Source: Botryllus schlosseri (Eukaryota). Taken from it: a stretch of 64,000 nucleotides of DNA. The notes under the pieces were generated by a model. The model saw only the letters and a program-made list of their open reading frames with translations. It ran no database searches and had not been told where the DNA came from. This document shows positions 11,750-24,900 of the stretch, piece after piece. The position numbers and the translations under genes are program-made. The stretch covers positions 8,556,001-8,620,000 of the forward strand of contig CM119385.1 in NCBI GenBank assembly GCA_051294905.1, read 5' to 3'. How positions within the stretch are numbered: the first letter of the stretch is position 1; each line of letters starts with the position of its first letter.

Positions 11750-14723
11750 GTTTGATAGACTGCGGGAAGTATCGGGGAAAACAGTCAAGCGGCGTCATCC
11801 AACTAGCATCTGACACGCTCTTGACAGTGTCTGACAAGTGTTCGATGTCATCACATAACATATCTAGAATAACTTAAACACAAGATAAAAACATGCTATG
11901 GATACTTGCGTTTACGTATTTATTCGTTGAAATTGTCAACGTGAGCCAAACGCCTCTGAAAAGCATTATTACATATTGAAATGTGTATAAGTGAATTTAC
12001 AGGGTAATGTCAGTGAGGAATGCATACTTTTGGGAGTGTAGTATGTGCTGCACTAATCGTCTGAGATCCGTACCCATAAGCCCGGAATTGTGAGCCGTTC
12101 CGAATTCCGAATCGAATCCAGTTTCCAAAGAAACAGATCGATCCTGGCTGTTGTGACTGAAAGTTCGAGGTTTTTGTACATCCCCGATGTACGAAAAATC
12201 TATACTCACCGTCCGAATCCTGGAAGCATATCATTCATATAACACAGCTCTATCTTGTTTATCGGCCATGTGGTGCGTTTTTTTTCAAGATCCTAATTCC
12301 TATTTGCAACCTTCAGCGTCACAGTATCTCAGGAAATCTTCGATGCGAGGAGACTTATGAATACAGATGCACTAAATGATGTTAACACCGTACAAATTTC
12401 TTCCCGTCTGCAATAGACGTTTGGCGATCATAGAAATTATTCCACTCCCTGGTGAATTGACGCTGTTTCACGAATAACGTGACTATGTTTCTCTAAATTT
12501 GGCGTGAGATTCGCTACATGTCTAAGGTTGGGTTAGATCATGGTAGCCACTAGTCAGGTTGCATGTGGAAACCAAGAGGAAGTTTTTTTTTACATAGAGG
12601 TAGTTTGTAACCATGTAAATATACTTAAAAGTAAAAGTAAAAGTAAAAGGAAAAGTAAATATGTTTATGCTTTTTATGATACGCAGGTAAGCGTAATAAT
12701 CAACTCAACATTGCCGCTGTACCAAAATCGCAAATATACTTACAATATTGTGAATATGTTTGGGCGGCATTCGCTATCACAAGTTGCCGCGAAAAAGTTT
12801 GTTTCGAATTGCGACGAGCTGTTTACAGATACACGTCCAACATGTGTAATCTCGTGCTAGTTTTCAAGCTTCCTAAACTGTCCAGGCGAGTTTATTTATG
12901 AGCATAAAAATTCAATGGTTTCATTTGGGAGTGCGTATCTCAGGCGATAGACCGCGGCAACTTGCGAAATTGCATAATATTGAGTCCGAGACGAACGCAG
13001 AATGGCTAATGACGGTAAATAGGTTAAATGCGGAGATATCCCGAGAAATACAATCCTCCAGTGGTAGACTTAACATACCTGATCCGAAGCTGAAGTGGAT
13101 ATTACGGCTTATAAGGATAACCCGATAAAGTCCGTGGCGATGATATTTGATGTGAAAGCTTACCACTTCCGGTCTTCTTGCTTGTCCTTGATCTCTATAC
13201 ACATGCTCAGACCCAGTAAGGATATTTGCTACGTTGCATATCGGTAGCAGCTTCAACTTTATCACACTTCATGATATCATGTTTCAAAACCATACTTTCG
13301 AGTTTAATGCACTCTCTCGGTCCATCCGCAGCTTAACGGTATGCCCCGTCTAGCACTGTTGCTAGAAGGTAAAAACCACACACAAGATGATTTATTGGCC
13401 TTCGAGTGTTTGGTATAATAACGCATGATGGACTTCCACAAAACGCCACTGACAGGACACAAAGTGGCGACAAAGGATGGCCCTTACGTGGTTTCTATAC
13501 GTCCGCTTCTCACGCTTGCCTATTGGAATATTGATGTTCCCGTATGATTTTTTGCAATCCTTTAAAAGCATAAAATGTATCACGAACTCTTCGGACCCAC
13601 TTGTAATTAAGACATGCTCGAAAATTCCTGTCCCGTTATGGATATAATTCTTACGAATGCAATCTATTTGATGTTATCCACAATGTGTACCCCATAATTA
13701 TACATTCTTATGGTCACAAAAGCTTCATTTGGCACTTGCCTTCTGCCTGCGGCGCGATATTCCATTAGAGTTTAATGAGAGTAAACGGTTTAAATCGACT
13801 TAGCCATTGATTCTAAAGAGTATACCCAAAGAACAGTCTTTAGTATCCATCGATCTGGAATGTATACCTCAATCAAACGGATGTGTAGGTCTAATTCGTT
13901 GTGAACCTTCTAATACGAAAGTCAGCGTCTGATCAGTAAGTACCGGATTAAAGGGTTGCTTTGTTTATCATATTATTCATGAGATGGTAGTTTTGGAGCG
14001 ATTGATTTTTGATGTTTTCGCTCGTGTTTTTCGCACGTACTTCGCGAGGGCTTTAAATGTTTGAAAATGAATTTTGTCACTTTTCATGCAGATTAATGAC
14101 TCGAGGTGATCCGTCGCGCCTACTGGCGATAGGAAAATCATAATGATTGACGTTGGACAAATAATATTGCTGGCATCGTAAGAGAATTTACTTTGAAAAG
14201 GCAACTCAGAATAATCGATTGCAGGGAGGTATTTTTCCCGACGTAATTCGTTTAACGCGCCCAGAGCGCGCTGAAATCGACACGGTTCTGATGACGAAAT
14301 TGTATTGGGTATGAAAATTGCGCACGACATGGCCAATATACATCTTTGCTTGCGTAGTCAGCACAGTGTTCTCATAGATCACCGATCTACACGTAGATCA
14401 CTAACCCATAGTCCACACGTGGAATAGCGTAACATACACTCTCCAGGTAGCGTAAAATACTCATTCAGGGCATAGCCATATGACTAATTTAGGGTCGGTC
14501 GGATTATGGTAGGATATTTTGAGTTTATCAGTCCTAATGTGTGTACTGATCTTGATTGGATGTGCTGGTTGTTTTATTAGCCAGGGGATTTCGGACTATA
14601 ATAGGTTGTCGAGAACAATTCTGAATTGTAAAAAGGACATATTCATTACAGCCAATTTTCATTCCTATTATCTAATTCTAATGCACGATTACACTGTTAA
14701 CGTCGCTAAGACGTCACTATAGG

Positions 14724-15845
14724 TAGGGTTGCCATATTTTTGTGAAGCAAATTCCGGGCACTCTTTAGCGCCCACTAGCGGATTTTAAAATGAGGTGTAA
14801 CACATTGACCGTCAATATGACGTCACATTAGCAAAGCATTGTCCATCGACTATATACACGATACAGGAATGAAGTGGAGCATAGGTCATGAATTGGGCCA
14901 TCTGTAATTTGAGCTCTGGTGACTGCTACTTGCTAGGGTTTGCAATAGATTCCTCCACGGGCCGGATGAAATCATCTTGCGGGCCGTGTCTGGCCTGTCA
15001 GGATTGTGTTTGACAGCCCTGCTATACAGTTAGGTCGGTGCGGCTATCTGTTTATGTGTTTTAATCAGGTCCGAAACAACAATCCCATCCCCCCCCCTTT
15101 CCGCCCAAAAAGCACTGATCTTGGGCCCACCATAGGGTAGTCGATGTAACTTGTTGGGCACTTACTATATGCATTTGGCTGTTAAATTTTATGTATGAAT
15201 TCTGTCAATAATATTGATTCTTCGATATATTAGGCTACTATAGAATGCACCAGCAGGTTGCACATCCGGTGATCTCCAACCTTTTATGCTCGCAATCTCG
15301 CAATCATTTATGCTCGCCCTACTTGAAAATGTTCTGTGGCAAAGCTCAAAACTTGATAAGCTGATTACTAAAAAAATTCAGCCGGCCCAAACTTACTCAC
15401 GGCCTAGGAAACTGATTACGTCCAACATCTTCGCGATCTCCAGATAAAGGCGGACGACCCCAAGATTTGGAACCACTGTCTGTGATTGAAGCATCCAATC
15501 GGCCTAAACCAACTCTAGGAATATACCGTTAGCTTATAATTACGATTACAATCGCACTTATTTCAGTAAATGATGGTTATTTATATTTATTTTGATTGCA
15601 TTTTTTGACGAGGGTGGTGCCTGCAGCCCATACTAATATCATTATACGTTGCATTAACTCACGCGCGGTGCGAAGAACAATTTTGAATAGCATAAATCTG
15701 CTTGAAAATAATATTGCTTATGTTTATTTACGAAAAACTTTTGAGCCTGCTTCAAGCCTTCAAAATTCCGGACATTTAGGCATATTTTAGAAATTCCTCC
15801 CGGACGCAGATTTTTCAGTGAAATTCCGGACGTATGGCAACCCTA
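14724..15845. mobile_element. hAT MITE (TAGGGTTGCCA termini) with nested MITE remnants at about 14933-15020 and 15266-15478
   Basis: Terminal repeats TAGGGTTGCCAT / ATGGCAACCCTA, flanking duplication (a)ctatagg on both sides, internal tccgga subterminal motifs. Confidence 0.8.
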
Positions 15846-17010
15846 CTATAGGACATAGCTGAACATCACACGCTTGTACATAATATATACATATTCTTGG
15901 TAAAAATTCAACCTCGTAATACGGGAACGAGACACGATTTAGTCTGCTGAGATCACTGTTCCTTAGTCTGCATTGTCTGAGTTTTATTACGATACGGACC
16001 TCTCGGTCTGTCCATATCACGTGTTGTTACTCCAAGGTTAATTATTGTTATTAAATAGTTCAACATGTAATCGAGCTTATTCGCCATTTGGTATAATCGT
16101 ATAGCTCAATGAATTCCGCACGTTCTCCTGGACACACAAGTGTTTATTTGTCATGTTGCGGCGAATTTCCGCATCAGTTCATGGCATGATAACTAAAGTA
16201 GGCTATATGTTACGTGTTGCAAGGGTTCTTAAGTACCATTCGGTGCGACCCAAACAAATTTGTTCCGAAGACCCCCAATCCAAGCAATCTGTGATTATGT
16301 AATTTCGTGAAAAATATCATGCGGTTAAATATCAATTAAGTCTGGTCGTGCCAAATGGTATTTTATTGCAAGTAGCATGCAACTAGTTCCTCGTTGTCGC
16401 ACTCTTATGCTCTTGTTAACTGATAAAAATGTTAGGGAATGAAAAATGGAAACTTGACACATGAAACGTAGAAACGGACCAACGTTTTTATTTACCCTGA
16501 TGAGAACTGTATATCGGACCCTCGCTGAGAGCACAACAAATCATTTTGACTTTCAAGTTTAGATAGGGAAAGTGGTCAAATATTTCTGTATTAGTTGGCC
16601 TACATCCTCTATTTTCTCCTCGGATGATTTGTGTGTATTTTCGACGTTGACTTTCTTTATCGGATGTTTTCTTCAGCAACCAGTTTTTCTACATTATCCG
16701 TAAATAAATATATACAGCTGGAAAGCCCTTAACCCTACTAATTCAATAGTTGATGAGCAATGTCTTAACCTCACGAGCCTTGCGCTACATTCAACAATTG
16801 GAATGATCGAATCTCATTGGGAATCCAAGCGCCGTTTTATTAATATAACCTGTTTTGGCACTGTATAGTGCAGTATTACTTTGACTTTTGATAAGTATTT
16901 TATTACACCGATCTGATGATTTTATTCAAGATAAATGTAAAATATTGCCCGACCAAAATTGAATGGTATCGCGACCCGCTATTTGACAGCCAGTGTGCCA
17001 ATGAATTGTT

Positions 17011-17284
17011 GGTTTGTTTTGGGGTATTCATGGTGTTTGTCGACTACTATGGACATTTACACCAGGCCGACATTCGTAATTGCATTCGTTCTCCGTAACT
17101 GCCGACTGCACGGCCCACCTCTGGGCTTTTTGTAAGGCACCGCTGACGCGGATGAGGTGGCGAGGAGGAGCCTAGGTAAACCTCCAACACTTAGGTATCG
17201 GAATTCGGAACTCGACCTCGGTCGGACTCGAACCCGCACCCATTGGTGTTGCAGCCGCGGATTATACCACTGCGCTATCTCGCC
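17011..17284 (-). mobile_element. Full-length tRNA-derived SINE (274 bp)
   Basis: Minus strand begins GGCGAGATAGCGCAGTGG (Pol III A-box) and contains GGTTCGAGTCC (B-box). Perfect 15-bp TSD tgccaatgaattgtt at 16996-17010 and 17285-17299. Confidence 0.9.
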
Positions 17285-17360
17285 TGCCAATGAATTGTTT
17301 TAGCTCTCGTGCGCTTGCGTACTGAAATGGGTGGCGATTTAGAACACAGCGTATCCACAC

Positions 17361-18305
17361 CAGTGTTGGGATGACTCGAGTCACCTTTTTCGTATGACTT
17401 GACTTGACTCGAGTCACTTTGCTAAAATGACTTGACTTGACTTGACTCGGCGTATCAAAAATGTGGATTGACTCGTGACTCGGAGCAAGATTCACGAGTC
17501 AATTTCAAGTCATCAAGTAATCGGTGTCGATAAAAATCCCTGTATCTTGCATATGGTCGGACTGTTCGCTAAATGCTGGTGTAACCCGTGAGAGCGACCA
17601 ATCTTTCAGTGATCATGCGCTTTACTGAACCTCCATTGTTCTCTCACAAATAAATTGACCGCGAATGAAGTTATCGAAACTTACAGATTACGTTGTCGTA
17701 AACTAGTACAGTAAAGTACTTTAATAGCAAAATGTATATTTCTATTCTCTGTTCTTTCCTTAATCAAACCTCTTACTTTATTAAAATTGAATTCAAATAT
17801 AGTTGATAAAGCCTCAACTATCAGCGTAGGCTTGAATTGTATCATATCAATTAGTAAATAGGTAATGTATTGCATCTTATCAATTCATTTCGCTATTCTC
17901 TATTTTGGCTGGTAACTATAAACTGAGGCTGTGCAATTACTTACGTAGTTTAGCAGTTCTACGTATATGTGAGCGATACAGGGCCTTCTTACGTGTATAT
18001 TTGACTCTATATTCGCTCATTGGTTTAGAATCAATGACCACTCAATCTGTATTTCAGACAGCTAGCAAAATGCAATGACGTAACCATGCCTCATACTTTA
18101 AAAAGGCAACATGACTTGAATTGTGACTTGACTCGTGACTTGATTGACTTGACTCGACTTGACTCGAGTCACCTCCAAAAATCGAGTGACTTGACTTGAC
18201 TCGAGTCACTTTCGAAAATCGAGTGACTTGACTTGACTCGAGTCAAAATGTGCAATGACTCGAGATGACTCGTGATTCGAAGGTAGTGACTTGATCCCAA
18301 CACTG
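17361..18305. mobile_element. hAT MITE with TGACTCGAGTCA / TGACT subterminal arrays
   Basis: Terminal repeats CAGTGTTGGGAT / ATCCCAACACTG; perfect 8-bp TSD atccacac. Confidence 0.92.
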
Positions 18306-18506
18306 ATCCACACATCAATCAATGACGCCGCATTCCACAATCTGAAAATTGCCCGCCTTACCAATGAAATCCAAACGAGAGCTAATTCATGACCGAATGA
18401 ATCAAATCGCGAGTTATAAACCGATGGACAAATTGTCAGTGCCTATTGTTTCATACCGTTTTGTTCATATCGTACAGAGTATGTACAAAATTAACGAATG
18501 GCTATA

Positions 18507-18743
18507 CGAGTCCGACCGAGGTCGACTCCATAATTCCTACCTAAGTGTTCGATGGAGGTTTATCTAGGCTCCTCCACGCCATCTCATCCGTGTAAGCGGT
18601 GTCTTACAAAAGCCTAGAAGTTGGCCGTGCTACAAGTCGGCAGCTACGGAATAAAAATGAAGAACATTGGCCTGGTGTAAATCACCATAGTAGTTTACAA
18701 ACAACACAAATACCACAATCAAACAAGGAATGAATGAATGAAT
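18507..18743 (+). mobile_element. 5'-truncated copy of the 17011-17284 SINE
   Basis: Aligns from the B-box remnant (cgagtccgaccgaggtcga) through ggaggtttat/cctaggctcctcc to ggcctggtgtaaat; ends in a (GAAT)n tail. Confidence 0.85.
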
Positions 18744-19705
18744 ACATTAGATTTTGACCCCCCGCATTCTCAGTGTCATCTCATATACGTGGATCGGCAT
18801 TCTTTGCGTGAGGATGTGTTTAGCATGAAGATTGCAAAGGCGGTTTTCAGAAAAAATATAATTCTAGTTACTGCTTGCCGATTCGCCGACGCACAAACTC
18901 TTCCCGTCGAGTACCAGTGCTGTTATCAATTCAGGCGCTATTCCGCACGCCCGTACCGCGCGCTTTGTGCTCCCAGTTGAAATACTAATATTGCCAGGGA
19001 ATCGGAATTGCAGTTTCGTAAACGCTTTATCTTATCTTGCATGAATATTTCATGAAAATCTGCGCGTCACGGTCGCGTGGCTTCGGCATTTCAATCATCG
19101 TTTGGAAATGGCGCGGACACCGTAGATCGCGCCTAAATTTGTTCGCAGCTCCGTAATTAATTATTGGCGCCGAATAGGGCTGTTAGTCGTGATTTAACAG
19201 TTTTTTTAATGACTTTCGTAAATGTGAATGGTTTTGACATCTTCGCCACACGCTTAACAAACAAAAGGATCTACATACTTCTGTATCGAAATGGCGTGAT
19301 TACAAATTACGTATTATGAAAGCGTCTCGAATCAATCACGCATAAAATGTCGGCAGTAGATTGAGCGCATTGACGGGTCACAGATCACTATACTGGTATA
19401 ACAAAAAGACATGGATAATTACAAAATGCCCAAATATTCAGAAATCCACCTCAGGTGGGTTGCCCCTATACTTGCACTTATTACGTGGTCCATTCTGATT
19501 ATGTTGTTAGACAACTTCCACTTCTGCTTAACAGTTTTTAAGGCAGAACTAACTTACTTTTTAGATTTTGGATTTTGTAAACTGCAAAGTACCTTTGGGC
19601 GATGTTTCCATCACCTTTACGAATGCCACTGGCATAGCAATTTGTCAAAATAGCCCCTTTACATATACTAAAATAACGGGATTTGTAAATTACATCTATT
19701 TTTAG

Positions 19706-19781
19706 CGGTATGAATCATTTTGAATCGCGAAGGTGCACACTGCAATTTCATAAATGGTCGCACCGGGCTACGTGTTGCCAG
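19706..19781 (+). CDS. Candidate first coding exon of the long Nav isoform (ATG at 19710; MNHFESRRCTLQFHKWSHRATCCQ)
   Basis: Acceptor ctatttttag ends at 19705, ATG at 19710, 24 open codons, donor CAG|gtatgc at 19782. Its phase 0 end is what exon 21601 needs. No homology support. Confidence 0.35.
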
Positions 19782-20444
19782 GTATGCGACCTCTTGACCA
19801 AATCTATCTTTGGAAATACTTGAGTACTTTTAAGACAATCTTCATCTTCTACTTCTAGCAGTAGTTTTGATATGTCTTGAAAATCGCTAGCTGTGCTGGT
19901 GCTGTACCAATGTCTATAAGACTGCTGACATTGGTTACAGACAAATAATTGTGGAAACGGCACCAGTGCTTTGTTTGATAAACCTTGTATAAAATTTGTC
20001 CAACTTGTCCGCACCGGTTCCTACGGGTATACGGATGCAACTTGCATCAGTTAAGAAGTGTTACCGACAGGCGATATGTATATCATCTTTGAGATGATGC
20101 CGGCATAACTTGGGTGATGGCGTTAAGCGGCATAGAAGCCATAAAATGCACACTCGCTTAACCTACAGAAGTGACGTTAAAGCCGGGATAATTAAAGATA
20201 TAGGCCTACCTGGGAAAATCTGGCAAAGTGACAGCAAATCATTTTGTGATATAGACATATGTTACCTGTCGTCTTTTCGACAAGTTGATCAATTCTCATT
20301 GACATTATATGTGACTCGATTCTTTTCTTCTGATTGGACTTCGACCAACCATTGTTATATTACTTCTTTGGCAATTGATTTGCGGGAAAAGCAGCACGTG
20401 ACATGTCAGCTAGTATTACGGGCATTATTTTACCGGGCTATTAG

Positions 20445-21308
20445 TAGGGCAAGTTTTATTGCACCAAAATCGGGTGAAAGTTGATTTAATGTTGACAAAA
20501 GTTGCATTCATAATTTTTATTGCATGTAGGATGTGAGATACTCGAAAGGTTCTGTTGTATAACCTAGTTCCTGCCGAGTTGTAAAATTTGGTACTTTGCC
20601 ATTTCACGGACATTCTGGCGGGACCGCCAGAAATTATATTTTTTCCCGGTACACAGCAAGAAAATTACGCAATGAAGGAATAATTTCCTTAAAAAAGTCA
20701 AACAGCATAGCGATAACCCCTCCCCCTAAAACAAGTCAAATAACTCCCCCCAAACCCCCTAGGTCAGCAAACGTGACCTAAGGTGTTGCGAAAAATCATT
20801 CTTGGCGACTTTAACAAAATCAATATCCCGAATAAGGTGACCCAGTGAAAATTTAATTTTCGGCGGTCTCGCCGGTGCGTCCGTGAAATGGGAAACTATC
20901 TCAAATTTAAACGACAGAATTACTAACGCTATCTATTTCATATTGTTCGGACACGGTCGTGCTTTGGCAGGGGTGGTTGTACTTCTTGCTTGCAAGCCAT
21001 TGTGTCATAGATAACATAGTGAGCTGCAACTAACCCATCATATAGCTCTTTGGTATGCAAACCAAAGATAATAGAACCGGACTGGAACTAGTTTATAGCA
21101 TTTTTTTAATCACTCCTTTACATTTTGACGTAATATTCGATAAAAGTTGCAGTAAAAATTGGTTCGAAAAATAGAGAAAAGTTGCAAAAAGTTGCACTAT
21201 AAAATCCCTTCAAACAGCTTAAAACATCATTCTAGATATATTCTGAGTATTTAGGAAGCTGTCGGAAGCTGTAAAAAAAAGTTGCAAAAGCTGCAAAAAC
21301 TTGCCCTA
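20445..21308. mobile_element. hAT MITE (TAGGGCAAG termini)
   Basis: Terminal repeats TAGGGCAAGTTTT / AAAACTTGCCCTA; TSD gctattag / gttattag (7/8); aaagttgca subterminal repeats. Confidence 0.85.
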
Positions 21309-21600
21309 GTTATTAGCTTCATGATATTGTCCTGAAGTCTACAAATGCATCTGTAAGCCTACGTGGATTGGGTATGTCTCTTTTGCGATGTTTCAGGAAG
21401 GATTTACTTTATAAACCGAATTGGTGAGTTGATGGCCATATCGGAATAATCAACCTTTCGCCAACGCAAGACAGTAACGGCTCCACTGGTCAAGTTACGG
21501 GCCGGGATATATTTTTGATAAGTAGAAGCATCGATAGGCATTTATTCCTAAAATTCAACTCGGTACTATAGGCTATACATAAACAATAACCTATTTTCAG

Positions 21601-21919
21601 ACTGTACAGAAAATATTCCAACACCGCAAGGGCGATCCCGTCACCGAACAGCGCAAATTGCTCGAGGAACGCGAACGCATCGAGAAGCAATTAGCCCAGA
21701 TCGAGGCCGCCCACAAACCACGTCCGATCTTCCGAGCACGGCCGCAATCGGCCGACAATAATGCAGGACGGTCCCAAGAGCAACGCCTGAAAGAACCCAG
21801 ACACGCGGTGAGGCACGTATCGTGGTCGGACGGATACAACTCTACGCGCGCACGCTCTTCTCTGGACTTTGTGGAAAGCAATACAGCGACCATGCCAGCC
21901 AGGGTGAATCTTGCCGCGA
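21601..21919 (+). CDS. Nav N-terminal extension exon ([42 protein letters not shown]...[10 protein letters not shown])
   Basis: Acceptor ctattttcag, donor A|gtaagt at 21920, open across 319 nt and GC-richer than its flanks. The phase 1 end joins exon 31277 (A+AA = Lys). An in-frame TAA lies just upstream in the intron (21580). Confidence 0.8.
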
Positions 21920-24900
21920 GTAAGTGCTTTTACACAATTCACTGCTGCCGTATTAAGTGGGACTGAAGTGACAAACCGTTTTGGGAACTTCAACCAAAAA
22001 AGACGAGATTAACAACATTGAAAGAGCCAGCAGTTAGGCCTACTTCTAAATTTGTTTGCAACTAAACTGAACATTAATGTGTCAGATCTGATCCTGCCTG
22101 GCTACCTATGGTATCCAGGCCTTATACATTTCAGTAATGATATCTTAGACCGCTAGGCGGGGTGCCAAACTCATGTCCTGCAGGGTGTGTTTGAACCATG
22201 CTATTTTATGCGGCCCGAATATGGATACATGAAAAGTGTGCTGCGGCCAAACTGACCACCAGACAGTAGTGTGTCTACATCAATGGTCGGCAACGTTATC
22301 ATGTATAGTGCAGTGTAAAATGGACAAGTGATAAAGTGGCGTGTTACAGGATGCGTTAATGATGACAAACGTTCGTTAAATATCGATCTGGCGATCTAAA
22401 ATCACACGCTACTATTTATCATGGAGAGAATGTTAGGATTTTGATTTGAAGGGGCTTTACCTGCCTCCAACCTTTTTCGTGTCCATGCGCACAGAAGTTT
22501 CTTGTAATCAATCAACCCGTCTCATTAGTTGAACATAGCCAACTGTGATGCTATATATGTGACCTCTTTTGAGAAGTCTACACCTGTCGCGCATGTTCTT
22601 ACCGGATCAAAATTGCTGGATTTGCAGTGATTAATTCCCTCTCAACTATGGCCCAATCAATCTCGAATAACCCGTTCTTATTGATATCTTTTTCATTAGC
22701 TGGTATAGTTCGTTTATTCGTTGGTGCTGTACGTGGACAATGTCCACTGGACATATGTAGTGGACTGCATTGATTACAAATTCAAAGGATTTCTGGTAAT
22801 AATGAACAACGATGAAACATGTTTTTTCATGCGATTCTCATTTGTACCTTCAGTGACCAACCAACCTCAACCAAATTTCTAGAAAAACACATGTAATTTT
22901 TTAATACGGGGTGTGATCAGACCAGTAGACCCTACGCAGAGTCATATCGATCACACCCTGTCCTGCGCCGTTAAGTTTCTTGAGTTATATTTTCATACGT
23001 TAGTGTGGTTTTCTTTTCGGTCGGAACAATCAATAAATACCTTCTCCTCCCATTCGAATGCTAGGCCTTTGGACCAGTGTTTGTCAGTCATGTCAAAGTC
23101 AAGCTACTTCTAAGTACCGGTAGGTGACGCTAGTTAGCTGACTATAGCTCAATTCTGCAGCGCGCTGTCGTTACAAATTTCAGACCAATCCCGCATGATC
23201 ACTGATGACTTGATCAGTCGTGCTTTGACGAAATGAATTGTAATCCTTCAATCCGCAGTGTAATTACTGCCTTTGTATCATCCGAATAATTTGAATTCTA
23301 GTGCTGGCCAGCTTGAGAGTTTTCGAAACGATTCGATGACGCACTTTTGCCCAAAATTAAATTACGGGCCTGTGCGATGAGCCCACTTGTACGTAATTGA
23401 CGTCTCATCATGGCGTTGGGTTGGTATTCGCGTGGGATCATAAGACGCCTTTCCCGGATGCGAATTGAAACTTACCTGGAAGTGATCTTCTTATATTGTG
23501 CCGCGCTGACTACCCGATGCTCTCGGAACAGTTAATCCATTACCTAAACATTAATCTTGCGAGCAATGTCGCTGGCCCACTTGAAAGTACTAGTATCGGC
23601 ATTTGAGAATTGTTGTTACAACTAATGTCGTTTCGAGATGTTTTCACGATTTCACTATTTCCCAGCAAATCCTTTTCGGAATATCGAAAATATCGTAACA
23701 ATAGTGTTCATATTGCCAAATTTATTCCACTCAAAGTTTTTCGACTGACTCTCATCAAGAGCGAATGGCAGTAAATGCTGTTATCCAAATTCCTAATACA
23801 GTATAGGAATAATTTTATCGTTGTGACGTAATAGTTACCATACACCGCAGACCTGACTACGACACATAACTATAGATTACTAACCGTACAGGTTAGTTAT
23901 CTATAGTATAACAGAGACGAATTCGGCTACAAGAAAAGCCGAATAAAAACACAGCAACACTGAAATATTTCCAGAGTATCTATATAGAATAGAGATGTTT
24001 TTTCTGGTTGCAGAGGATTGGCTGTTTCAGCTCTATAATGGTTGATTCAAGAACTTTTGAATGAATGAGATCGACCACAACTAACCATAGGGAAAACGTA
24101 TTGCTACTATAATATTTGGCGCATTCAGGGTGTTTTACGGGTGCAAATATTTATGCGTGACACTATGGGCCAAATTGTTTGTATGTGTATATTTCGGTTG
24201 TATTGTCTTGATCAAGCACAACATACCGCGCTGCCAGATTTTTGATGTAACTTGGACGGTGAGACGCGAACATTGACGTCCCATTATATTCAATTATTTG
24301 ATGTTTCGAGCTTGCCATGTGGACTAACATTGGATGTTAATTGACAACATCAGTCCTATAGTCGATTTCCTGAAGTATTAGCACCGAAAAGGGTGAACAA
24401 TATTATCGGTTTCGAGCTTAATCGTTCAAGAATGACTGTCCCGGATGTAAATGATACCTTGAGTCTGATATATATGACCAATTTACCTACCCTAGTCTTA
24501 TGTGCAATTGTACAGAACATATAAACTCAAGGTCGTCATAAGTTCACATCACATTGGCATACGCCATACTGGTTCGTACGATCAGTTCAGGGACTGTAAA
24601 ATGAATGTGAATGAACTGAACACTTTGAACAGACACTCGAACAGTCGCGAATACATTCTTCACCTCACTCATTATTGGGAAGCTTTCAATTCCACACTTT
24701 TATTATATAGACTTCATGGGACCTCAGTTCACATTCTAGCTTATGTTCAGTCAATGCTCCGTTCAGTTGTGATGATAGTAGACAATATCAATCTTGTATT
24801 TCCAAAATGCTTACATAACATGACATTCCTGATTAGGGTTACGAACGACCCCAATGTCAAGTTGAATAAAATCGTGGAAACGCCCACGTCAGTGCTATCC

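Noticed and set aside
17213-17284. The SINE head as a genuine tRNA gene
   Set aside because: It has no proper acceptor stem, continues into a SINE body, is bounded by a 15-bp TSD and has a truncated sister copy.
17400-18290. TGACT/GAGTCA arrays as a CRISPR-like or regulatory array
   Set aside because: They are irregular subterminal repeats of a MITE with terminal repeats and a TSD; there are no constant-length repeats with unique spacers.
19748-20014. Minus-strand ORF with a zinc-finger-like FVCNQCQQSY
   Set aside because: Only one CxxC, without properly spaced His residues, and a stop immediately upstream.
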